NCBI GenBank assembly: GCA_001724265.1 | Contig: MEDY01000008.1 | Location: 1-64,000, forward strand | Length of the DNA stretch: 64,000 bases | DNA from: Rhizaria sp. SCN 62-66 | Taxonomy: Eukaryota | Reading direction: 5' to 3' | In this document: in pieces, positions 26,201 through 36,399 of the stretch | Position numbering within the stretch: the stretch's first letter is position 1 | Layout of the letters: each line of letters starts with the position of its first letter | Notes under the pieces: generated by a model | The model's input: only the letters and a program-made list of their open reading frames with translations | Databases searched by the model: none | Told to the model about the DNA's origin: nothing | Made by a program: the position numbers and the translations under genes

Positions 26201-26875
26201 TACTGTGGACGAGAGAGACATGATCCCGCCCCGCCGTGCGGCGCTCGCGCTGCGCGCAAAAGCGGGCGGCGCGTGGCCCTCGTAGTCGTCAGCGTCGTCA
26301 TCGGCGGCGGCTGCGGCAGCTGCTGCGGGCGCTGTATGCTCACTCTTAACAGCCACTGCAACGACGATCTGTTGTTGCGCTTGAGCGTCCGATTCAGCGC
26401 CGGTGCCGTGCGTGGTCGCCGTATTGAACCTGCGCGCCACAGTGCGCGTTGCTGGCGACCGCGCGGGGGGCGTGCGCGCAGCCACCGGCTCCGGCGTGCG
26501 CGACCTCCGGGCAGCGGCGGAGGCGCGAGGGCCGCCACCGGATTGACCGGACTCGAGAGGTGGCGGCTCGTCGGACCCACCTGCGTGGAGCGCGCCTTCG
26601 TCGTCAGCGCCGCCATCGTCGTCGTGAACAGCATTGGCAAGCGAGGCGCCAATTGTCATCGGGAAATAGCTTGGGGAAAGAGAGGTTGGTGCAGTGGTTT
26701 CGTTGGCGGCACCGACGGTGGGGTTGAATGTCGACGCGATGTGGTTGCTGAGCGAGTCTTCAGTGGGGAAAATCGACGGACGTAGCGAAGACTCAAACTC
26801 ATCAGCAGCGGGCGCGGCTGGTGATTCATTCGAGGGTTCCGCTTTGGGCCCGCGTGGGCGCCGGTGGGAGCTCAT
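20289..26875 (-). CDS. MRE11: Mre11 double-strand break repair nuclease, greatly expanded (~2154 aa); exons 26875-24282 and 24159-20289
   Basis: Phosphoesterase motifs TDNHVG, GGDLF, HGNHD, HQN and WGHEH, followed by QPGSSVATSL and capping-domain PLVRLRVD...VAN. Intron 24281-24160 (GTAAGC...TTTTAG) restores DSFRNFFVPLNSVR. Ends in TGA. Confidence 0.93.
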
Positions 26876-28617
26876 ATGCCAGCGAAGAACGCGCCTGGTG
26901 AGCTTGGATGAGAGCTTGGGTCGAATGGGTAAAAGAAAATGGACCAACCGATCTTCTCAAAGCTAAATCAAAGCTAAAACGGAGCAAATGAAGATATAAT
27001 TACGGATATTAGCTATTATCATCATAAAATCACGGCGACTTTCTTGACTCGGCAATTAACGATGCCGATCGTGACATACTGATGGTATCTTTTCTGTGTC
27101 TCAATCTTGGCTTGGCGCGCAGTCGCTGCGGGCAACGACGGGTTGAATATTACTCGTATCCATGGTGATAAAAGCTCGCATCACAGATTAACTTTTATTA
27201 GTGCATATCACCTCTTAGCATGTTTAGAAATCCTTAGACTATACATGTTCTTCAAGTCATCATCAACATTTTGTTCTGACCTGCGCGATATATCTGCTAA
27301 AATGTTTCAAGTCAACTCTTGCGACGATACCGGTTGCTACGATAGGTTAGAGTGAGGATGAATTTTCAGAGTATATACACGGAAACGTTCAACACGCATA
27401 AGTTTACTACGTCAAATGATTCGCAACAACTTGCTGCACCTTTAAGAATGTCATTCGCTGGTCACAGAAGCTTCCGCGTGAACGGGTCTTCAAGTTGCGT
27501 TCAGCAACAATTTTTGTCGGCAGTGTATTCGAAGGAGTATGTCATTATGCGAGAATATAGCAAGGATTGATTACTATAAATGCATGTTTTGACATTGAAA
27601 CTCGTATCGGTGTCTTCTTATTGTGTTCTACCCGTTCAAGTACTTCGATATTTCAGCGACTCACATCAAACATTTTCTTGGATCGGTTCGAGCTTGGACT
27701 TTGCCCTTGTGCAACACGTCCAAACATGAAAAGAAATCTCCATGTAAATATTTCCAACATCTAGTATTTCTATGTTAACTTTGACGACATCGCGCTGAAT
27801 CGCATGCACGTTTCATCCCCTTGCTGCCTGTGCTTGACTGCCTGCCTGCAGACTACATGATCATTTGTTGGGGTATGGTCCTGTGTCGCGGTAGATACAG
27901 ATAGAATAGCGTATCGGCATCGTGTGGCCAGCAGTCAATGTGTCAGTCACTCGTGATACTTCTGGCTCGTCTCATCACTTGATGGCTCGCTCATTCATCG
28001 CGAGGGCAGGCGGGACAAGGACCAGAGACGGGCACTTGTATGCATAGCGCGGATAAGATGCTTGAATGCCAGCAATAACATGCAGGAATCACGCGGGCCT
28101 CGCCATGATATCAAAAGTTTCTGGGCCGATGGGCGCGATCCAGTTGATGCCATCGGTGGGCCAGTGCTGATAAGTGTTGGTGTGTGAGTCTTGAAAGTTG
28201 TACGTGGCGCGTAAACCAGTACCTTTAAATATATAATTTAGTAGAAAAGCACAAAATAACAGTTAACATATTATACCGATTTTTTGGGCGTATTGACGAT
28301 CAATATATCGTATCCTAGCTTGACCGATCGACACAACTCACGTTTGACTGACAAGTCAATGTGCGACAATGTGTCTGATATCAACATCTCAAACGAAGCC
28401 TATCATGCCATAGACCCCTCACTGCGCAAGATATGTGTCAATTAACGCTGTTGTCTTGTTTATGACCGAATGGTGTCTCACTGCTATTCTCTGCCTCGTT
28501 TGCGCGCGCTCATTCTTCGGCTCTGGAAGCATCTCAAAGCGCCAACTGTGCAAAAACCACATATTCTTGCCTAGAAGGGGGCACACAACCTGCCAGAAGG
28601 AGCTATTTCCTTGAAAT

Positions 28618-31437
28618 ATGCAGCTTGATGTGGTTGTTCCGGTCCGTCCATATATCGTTTCAACTGTCATGTTATGCGTAACGCTCGCCAAATTGACACA
28701 CCCATGACATGACACATTGCCTGTGTTTGCCTCCTTGCGTAGAAAGTGGAAGTGAAGCCAGAGCCTAGCCCCGCCACGACGGCGCCTTTGCAATCTCCGC
28801 CACTGCTCCGTGACGCGTCTGCCGCGTCCACATTGTCTGTCTCATCCGCTTTGTCTGCCGCGTCTGCTGACACCGCGCCGTCCGCTGAAAGCGACAGTGC
28901 GCTGAACACAGAACTTGCCTCCTCTGGGAGTGATTGCGGCTCAGCGTACGCCAGTGTGAAAGCTGAACGACGTGACGAGGACGTGCCGCCGTTAGAGCCG
29001 TGTGGTGACTCTTTGGATGATGTACGTCTCCTAACATAAAATCAATCGATCAATCAGCCAAACAACTAATCAGCTCAACCATCCATCATCATCTTCATCA
29101 TTTGTATTATCATTATTACTTGATGTTATTCTTTCTCGAATGAAGGACGAGTCAACCTACAGCGAAGGTGAGGACAACTACATTTGCATCGCGAGCAACA
29201 CGTCTGCGCGCAACAACATCGCTGTTGTGGAAGCTGAGACTGGTTTGCAAGGCCGCGCCGTTGCAGGTAGTGCGAAAAAGGAAGAGACTGCTGTTAAGCA
29301 AGAGTCTGCCCCGCCAATGGTACACACAGCAACAGCAACGAATGTCGCTGTGACTTCATCAGCAACTTCGGCGACAGCAGGTCAAGTCAAACGGTCGTCG
29401 TCTCCCATACCAGCGGACGTCAAGCGCCCCCGCGGCCCCGATGTCAAGCCGCCTTCTGATGCTCGACCCCCCATAGAGGTCAAGCCGGAACGCGCACTTA
29501 CGCACAAGCGCGAGTTCTCTGACTCTAGCAGTACATCGAGCTCAAGCTCAAGTTCTTGGTCAAGTTCACGTGATAGTTTTAGCTCGAGCTTTGGCGGTAG
29601 CTACGACACTGATAGTTCTTTCAGCAGTAGCACAAGTTCAAGCAGCACAAGTGGCAGCCGCAGTGAGCGAGGTTTCAGTGGCGACGACAGCATCAGTTAC
29701 AGTGACGACGAAGGCGACCTTGTCCGGCGCTCCCGACGCCGATACCGCCGCTACAGCACCAGCAGTACAAGCAGTAGCGAGAACACCAGCAGTTGCAGCG
29801 ACAGCGACAGGGTTGACAAGGGAAAACATCGTGGGCAGCGTCGGGGTCACAGCAGCGGACGCAGCCGTGCGCGCTTTCCGCGGTGCGATAACAACCGTGA
29901 GATCAGCGGTGATGACACAAGCCGCGACATCAGCAGCGGCAGCAGAAGCAACAGCGCTAGCAGCAGTAATGACGATCGTGATGTGGACGACAGCTACTAT
30001 TTCAGCCATGCTGTTCCTGCTGCGGATGCTGTGTTTAAAGACGAGAGCCGAAGCAGCGATACCAGCGACAGTGGCTCAATCAACGGGAACGACGACAGCA
30101 ATCCGAACTGTCAGAGTAGCCGCGTCACTGCTGACGACGGTACCGCGTCTGCTCAGACTTACAAGAGTGAAAGCGATTGCAGTCGCATTCTCCGTGAGCT
30201 GACCGCTTGTGACAACTGCTCCCGCGGTCGCCGCCGGCGCACTAGTCGTGTCCGGCCCACACTCGCGCAACCTGAGGTGATCTACGAACCCCTCTTGCAC
30301 CCTGCCGACGACCCTGCCGTCCTTGCGCTCCGTGATCGGACGTTGGCCATTGCCTGTACTGCCAAGCCGGGGTATACGCGCATGCCACCGCGGAAGGACT
30401 CCGCCACGGCACCTGTGCCACCGTATATCAGGCGTGCGCACCCGGGCCGCACGGAAGAAGAGTCCCGTGCAATTTGGATGCGGACGCGCAGGCTCATTTC
30501 ATGGAAGAATGAAACGGTGTCGCTGCGCTTTCTCGCCCGCACGAACCAAGACATTGCGGTTGCGCTGGCGGCCGAAGATGCTGCCACGCAGAAGTCTGGA
30601 GGGCGTGTTGTGCGCAAAAAGAACACTGCGACTGACGACATCCCACCGGGACTGCGGCGCGAGTTTTCCACCCTGAATGACGACGAGCTGCGCGTGGTGT
30701 GGGCGCATAGGCTTGCTAAGGCGGACAAGATCAACAAAAAGCGCAGCCTGATACGGCAGGCGGAGATCGACAAGATCAAGGCCGAACGCGAAGAAAAGGC
30801 CAAGGAGATTCTGCAAGGGCTACAAGACAGTGGCAAGGCAGATCTATATATTACGCGGCAGGATAGGCGGGACATGCGTAAACTTGAACGATTTAATGGC
30901 AAGAACGCTGGCTCCAACAGTAACACCAAAAACGATCAAGCCAATAACAGTCGCGGTGGCAAGGGCGTGAATGAAAGGAATAAAACAATTGCTCCCGCCC
31001 CTTTGCGCTTCACGCAGAGCGGCATCGCGTTCGATGAGATGGTTCTCGAGCGCACTGATGGGCGCTATTGTCGCCCCCGTGGCCGGCGCACGAACCCGGA
31101 GACAGACCCGCTCCCGCCGTGGCTGCAGCGGCAGCTTGCGACCGGGACGCGGACTGAGGCGCAAATCCGAGAAGTGTGGAGGAAGATGCTCATGACAAGC
31201 GAAATCGCGAACAGGAAAACGGCGCTTTGTAAGCTCGTAGGTGTGGACAGTGTGACTGGTTCAGGAGCGGCGTCGGGCAGCTCGAATCAGAATCGCAGCA
31301 GCCCAAGCTCGGTAACTAGCAGCCCCAGTGGAAATTATACGGCAGATTCAAGCGGAGACACAGTAGCTGCGATTGCTGCGGCTGCTGCGGCTGCAGCTGC
31401 AGCTCATGTCACTGATGAGTTTCAAGAAGAACTGTAA
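28618..31437 (+). CDS. Uncharacterised Ser/Asp-rich protein with three ~35-aa PP...R..W repeats; probable exons 28618-28641, 28743-29021, 29146-31437
   Basis: Long ORF 29140-31437 is joined to ORF 28746 by a phase-0 intron 29022-29145 (GTACGT...AAG). First exon is tentative. Ends in TAA. Confidence 0.65.
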
Positions 31438-31613
31438 GCTGTAAGTATGCTTCGGCGACACCAGCGAGTTTTCATGTTTACTTATCTAGAGAAGAAGTCG
31501 ATTTTCGGAGTTCTCTCTATTATTATAATTATGTACAGTACCTAGTTTAATACACCTTAATGGATTGTTTAGCAAATACAATTCTTGACAATTTCCTTAA
31601 AGTGCACGAAGCC

Positions 31614-33896
31614 TTAGTTCGAAGCCCCGCTCCCAGTCTGAAGAAGATCAGCCGCCATAATATTCACAAACCCATCGTCGCGTTGTGACAGCTTCGTGAG
31701 AACCGCAAACAGGCTCGAGCTCTCTGCCGCGCCCTCCGCAGCGTCACGGAAGGTCGCAAACAGCGTGGGCTGCTTGGCGATTTGGGTCAGCGCGGTAAGA
31801 AGACCCACGGCGGCAGTGGGGCTGCGCGTGGAGAGCGCGGACTGCAGCAGGCGCGCGACAGCCAGCGGCACTGCGCGAGCAACCGCGGCGCAAAGCACGG
31901 GGAATGCGGGCGCCACGCTGTTGTTGGGTGCAATCTCCCCGTCCTCCTCGGCGGCCTTCTCCTCAGTGCTGCCCTCGGCGTCGCTCTTGGCGATCTCAAA
32001 GCTGTAAATAGGGCCAACCATAGTGCGCATCAGACTCGTCACCACACTCAACGCGTCCTCAAACACGGGGACATCGACCAATGACTCGACGGACTCCAAG
32101 GCCAGCGCGGCCGTCGTCACCACCTCGAGCGCAGTCTCAACCACAACGTTGGCACCATCGTCGTCAGCAACATTGTGCTTGCGCAGCGACTCCACCGCGC
32201 TCCGCTGCAGCGAGCCGACGCTTTCAGCAAGCGGGGCAGACGCAGCAGAGCGCACGGCGGTCAGCGCAGCGGCAGCGGCTTGAGGCCAGGCCATCGTCAT
32301 CTCGGGACGCGACTCCCAAGGCATGGCAGAGAAGCTGTCGAACAGCAGAGCACGCGTGCGCTGGGTGGGCTCCAGAGGCAGCGCGTGGCCCAGCGCAACA
32401 ACGGCACGCTCAATCGCGCCAATGTACTTCGCAAACACGTCAAGAGCGCTGTTGTTGCGGCTCGTAGTAGCACCCTCGCCAGTCATCGCGGCAAGAATAC
32501 GGGCGGGCATGCGCGCGAGCGCCATGAAACTCGCCGTCGTGCGCAGCGCAGCGTAGTGCGCGGAGATTGCGCGCTTCTCAACGAGCTCGGCAGCCCAGGA
32601 CTTGTCGGTGTGCACGCTCTCGGCGCAGTCCACGGCGAGCGCGGCGAGCTCGGCCACCGCGCCGGCGAACATGGCGTCGGTGCAGGGGAGAGTGGACAGG
32701 GCGGTGTCGAGGCGGCGCAGCAGCTTCTGCTCGATGCAGTTGTCAAAAGACTTCGGCAGCAGCGGGACGTCATCGTCGCGAGGCGCGCCGGTAACACCGT
32801 CGGGCACAAACGCGGGGATCGCGATGTCGGCCTCGGTGCCGTCGAACTTGACGAACGTGTTGTCGTCCTCATCCTCGTCGCTCGTCTCGCCGAGCATGCG
32901 ATTAGGACGCTTGCCGCCGATGCCCCACAGCTCGGGCACGTCTACGAAGATGGGACTGTTCTTGACGAAGGCAGCAACGGCCGCGTACGTGCTGTTGCGC
33001 AGCGCGAGCGCGAGCGCCGCGGCGGTCATGCGGAGGAGCACAGGGTTGCCGAGAGGGACCGTGTGCACGGCCTGCTCGAGCGCCGGCGCGGCGGCGCGGG
33101 CAAAGCGGGCGCTGTGGCGCGCGGGGGTGACGGCCAGCAAGTTACGCAGCGCATTGGCAGCAAGAGCGGCTTCAACGGGAACGGCGCTGTTGAGCGCGGG
33201 GACAAGCGCGGCAATCGTGGCGGCAATACCAGCGACGTTGTTGACGTATGCGAGGTACGGACGCCGGAGGAAGCGGAGCACGCGCAGAGTGATCGCGGCG
33301 GTTGACGAGACAGAGGCGCAGCTCGATGTGATGGTGGCAGCGCTAGCAGTCGTGGCAAGCGCGACGTCGGCGTCAGAGTCACACCCGCAGTCGTCGCCCT
33401 CGAGAGTAGCGATGAACTCGCCACTGTTGCTCTTCGCGTTGCCGCTCTTGTTCACGACGGCACCGTGCGCGTAGTCCTCGCCACTTGCCTTATCCGCGTC
33501 TGTATCAGCCTCAGGTTCGGGCTCGGGCTCCGCGGCGTCCACCTCCTCAGCAGCGTCGCCGCCGCCACAGTCGGCGCCGCAGCATCGCTTGGACTCGTCC
33601 TCAGACGACACGAGCAGGCGACGCAGGACGTTGCTTCCAGCAGCGAGGCGCGCAAGAGCGGCCTGGCGCGCAGCGGCGTCGGAGTTCTGGAGCTCAGCAA
33701 CCGAGGGCACAGCAGGCAGAGTCACGGACAACGCGCCGAGCAGCGTCTCGCGCGAGACGTTCCTGTTGTTCTCCTTAGCGCTGTCGAGAGCAGCCAACAA
33801 GGCGACAGCCTCGGGTGAAAGGGTACGACTGAGAGCGGCGTCGTAGTCGCGAGTAATCTCGCGTGCTTGTGCCAGGGTGGCAGACGAATCGGCCAT
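31614..33896 (-). CDS. Uncharacterised Ala/Leu-rich helical (ARM/HEAT-like) protein (~760 aa)
   Basis: Long ORF with coding-like codon use; first in-frame ATG gives MADSS. Amphipathic helical pattern; the fold is inferred only. Ends in TAA. Confidence 0.65.
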   Translation of the reverse strand: MADSSATLAQAREITRDYDAALSRTLSPEAVALLAALDSAKENNRNVSRETLLGALSVTLPAVPSVAELQNSDAAARQAALARLAAGSNVLRRLLVSSEDESKRCCGADCGGGDAAEEVDAAEPEPEPEADTDADKASGEDYAHGAVVNKSGNAKSNSGEFIATLEGDDCGCDSDADVALATTASAATITSSCASVSSTAAITLRVLRFLRRPYLAYVNNVAGIAATIAALVPALNSAVPVEAALAANALRNLLAVTPARHSARFARAAAPALEQAVHTVPLGNPVLLRMTAAALALALRNSTYAAVAAFVKNSPIFVDVPELWGIGGKRPNRMLGETSDEDEDDNTFVKFDGTEADIAIPAFVPDGVTGAPRDDDVPLLPKSFDNCIEQKLLRRLDTALSTLPCTDAMFAGAVAELAALAVDCAESVHTDKSWAAELVEKRAISAHYAALRTTASFMALARMPARILAAMTGEGATTSRNNSALDVFAKYIGAIERAVVALGHALPLEPTQRTRALLFDSFSAMPWESRPEMTMAWPQAAAAALTAVRSAASAPLAESVGSLQRSAVESLRKHNVADDDGANVVVETALEVVTTAALALESVESLVDVPVFEDALSVVTSLMRTMVGPIYSFEIAKSDAEGSTEEKAAEEDGEIAPNNSVAPAFPVLCAAVARAVPLAVARLLQSALSTRSPTAAVGLLTALTQIAKQPTLFATFRDAAEGAAESSSLFAVLTKLSQRDDGFVNIMAADLLQTGSGASN

Positions 33897-34357
33897 CGTT
33901 AGCTTTGCGCTGTGTAAATGGAGCAGGTGTGAGATAGAGCATGAAGACAAAGAGAGAGAAGCAAGAGCGAAACGGTGAGATCTAAATCGAGATGTGTGCA
34001 GATAAAACAAAGTGATCAAGACGGGCATAAACAAATAATTGTTACTGCGCTATCTCTTACAATAAACTTCTAGTTTTATCGGCTTTGACATGTTTTTCAG
34101 CAAGCAGAAACTCATTTCCTGATTCGCTCAAAATCTTGCCATGCATGTTCGAGACGAGATTCTGTTTGTGGTGAAATCTTGACTTATCACTTGACATCAT
34201 ATTCAACCAGGGATATAAGATAAAATTTGTCAGCATAATCGACCCTAAGTAAGACACAAGTGGCAGCGATAGCTAAACGTTCGAAATGTATTACATACCC
34301 CTGAAACACGGCTGTGTCAAGGCCTGGCCTGCGTCAACGCTGTGATGCTCAGCGCCC

Positions 34358-35773
34358 TCAATCATCGTCACTGCCACGCTTGTTGCTCTTATCACCATCC
34401 GCATACCTGCTGCGCTTATCCCGGTGGCTAGCGTCATCCCCCTCTTCCTCCTCCTCTTCCTCGTCTTCGTTGCGCCGCTTGGCCCGAGCCGCGACCGCGT
34501 CCGGCACCGGCACCGCCCCGCCCGCAGTGGTGTTGACCGCGTCCGCCGCCGCCTTCTCGAACTGCACGGGCCCCGCCGGCGCCGCGCCCGCGCCCTCGGC
34601 GGGCCCCTCGTATCCGAGCCCTTTCCTGGGCCGGTGCAGCCCCACGGTGGAACGGTCCGCGAACAGCGGTTGGTCGTAGAGGTTGTACGCCTCGTCGCCC
34701 GCCATGCCCGCCGCGCTGCCGCGCCCGGCGTCGCGCGAGAAGAGTCGTTCGTCGAACCGCACGCCGCCGCTCGGTTTCGGCGCCGCGCCGCCCAGCGCAA
34801 TCTGCTCGCTCACGTCGCGCACGCGCGGGGCCGCGCCAGTACCCGTGGCGGCCTGACTTGCGCCCTGGCCGCCCTGGCGCATCTCGCGCTCCAGCTCGCG
34901 GCGGCGCTGCTCGCGCTGCGCGTCGCGCGCGGCCGCCGCAGCGAGCTCTTCCTCGCTCGCAAACGCGTCAGACGCAGCGCCAGCGATGCTAATGCCTCCG
35001 CTGCCCGCGCCGGCGCCGGCGCCGAAGGTTGAGTAGGCGTCGCCGGCGCCGTCGTCGACCTCGCGAGTGGCGGCAGCGGCGGCGCCGGCGCGGGCAGCGA
35101 AGGCCATCTCCTGCAGGCGGCGCTCCTCATCGTCGCGCTTCTTCTGCTCCAGTTGGCGCATGATGCGCTCACGCGCGCGCATCTCCTCGTTGGCGGCGCG
35201 CTCGGTGAGGTAGAGCGTCTCGGAGAGCTTGGCGAACTTGTCCGAGATGGTGTGCTCCTCGAGCCCGCGGCCGTCGAGCGCCACGCGCGTGGCGAGCGGG
35301 ATAATGAGGCCCTTGGAGTTGACCCAGTTGGAAATGGCCGGGGGGATCTTCCAGTTCGCCTGGTCCTCGGCCGTGAGCTTGCGCGTGGGGGCGCGCAGAA
35401 TGGTCGTGGGCGGCGAGGGCGGGCCGCCGTTGCCGTACTGCTTCTTCAGCTTGAACGCGGGCGGCGCCAGCGGGTCAATCTTGCGCTCCTGAATGCGCAC
35501 CACGCGCTGCGTCGACGCCTCGGTGAAGCCGGGTGCGGATTCGGCCGCTGTGTAGCGCACGTACACGGGGTCAGTGCCAGAGTTGGTCTTAACGGCGCCG
35601 ACGAGGTTGCGCGCGTTGAGAGTGTCGAGAACGCCAGCGAGCGCGGCGAGCGTGCGGGCCTTGCAGGCCTCAATCTCCTCGCGGGAGGGCTTGCGGAGCT
35701 CCTCGTCTGTGAAGTCCTGGCCCTCAAGGTCGCTGAAGGCCTTGACGCGGCCCGTCTCTGCGGCGGAAAGCAT
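34358..35773 (-). CDS. SNW1: SNW1/SKIP/Prp45 pre-mRNA splicing factor
   Basis: Motifs YVRYT, DPLAPPAFK, PPSPP, WKIPPAISNW, FAKLSETLY, RDVSEQIALG, YNLYDQPLF and GPVQFEK. An acceptor-like TAG at 35793-35791 suggests a further upstream exon. Ends in TGA. Confidence 0.92.
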   Translation of the reverse strand: MLSAAETGRVKAFSDLEGQDFTDEELRKPSREEIEACKARTLAALAGVLDTLNARNLVGAVKTNSGTDPVYVRYTAAESAPGFTEASTQRVVRIQERKIDPLAPPAFKLKKQYGNGGPPSPPTTILRAPTRKLTAEDQANWKIPPAISNWVNSKGLIIPLATRVALDGRGLEEHTISDKFAKLSETLYLTERAANEEMRARERIMRQLEQKKRDDEERRLQEMAFAARAGAAAAATREVDDGAGDAYSTFGAGAGAGSGGISIAGAASDAFASEEELAAAAARDAQREQRRRELEREMRQGGQGASQAATGTGAAPRVRDVSEQIALGGAAPKPSGGVRFDERLFSRDAGRGSAAGMAGDEAYNLYDQPLFADRSTVGLHRPRKGLGYEGPAEGAGAAPAGPVQFEKAAADAVNTTAGGAVPVPDAVAARAKRRNEDEEEEEEEGDDASHRDKRSRYADGDKSNKRGSDDD

Positions 35774-36399
35774 GAGTGACGGAACTACGCCTAGAAACGG
35801 GGGATAAAACGCTGTGGCTACAAAATCAAAAAAAGAAAGTAAAGCTAAGAGTGTAATAGGGCACAATATGCAGCTTAAGTTTGAAGTTAACGAAGGACAT
35901 GACACAAACTCAATCGTCCCGAGAACGCTCAACCGTCATGATCCCCCCCGTTCCTGCCAAACGGATTTGGCAGGCAAGTCGGCCGACGAGCCCTCCCAGG
36001 CTCCTGTGGGTAAATCGCGACCAAGCTTTCCAGGCCCGCTAAACGTCGTGACTGGCATATCTACTTCATGTCCTGGGCTGTATGCTTGCCTACAATCTGT
36101 CTTTACTATTCAGAGCTGCTGGTGGCGCGAATACTAGGCGATGCAGAAGGTTAAACTGTGTATCTTTTCTTGTGCCGTCTGCTCGTGCCTTCGAAACGCT
36201 GCATGACCCACTCTTTTTTAGGTTGTCCTGATCGTGCAACACCAATATATAGGTGTTCTCACATTTCCTTTGAATAGTTTGATAGTATCGCAAACCACTT
36301 TATCTAAACATGCGGTCCTTCAGTATCTAACCTTCCTTCCTTTATCGTCCCTCCTTCCTTTGCTTTTGCTCGCGCTTGCTCCACCCACAGCGTCGGTTG

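Noticed and set aside
28740-28742. Additional in-frame TAG upstream of ORF 28746
   Set aside because: It follows a pyrimidine tract and is better explained as a 3' splice acceptor, so it was not counted.
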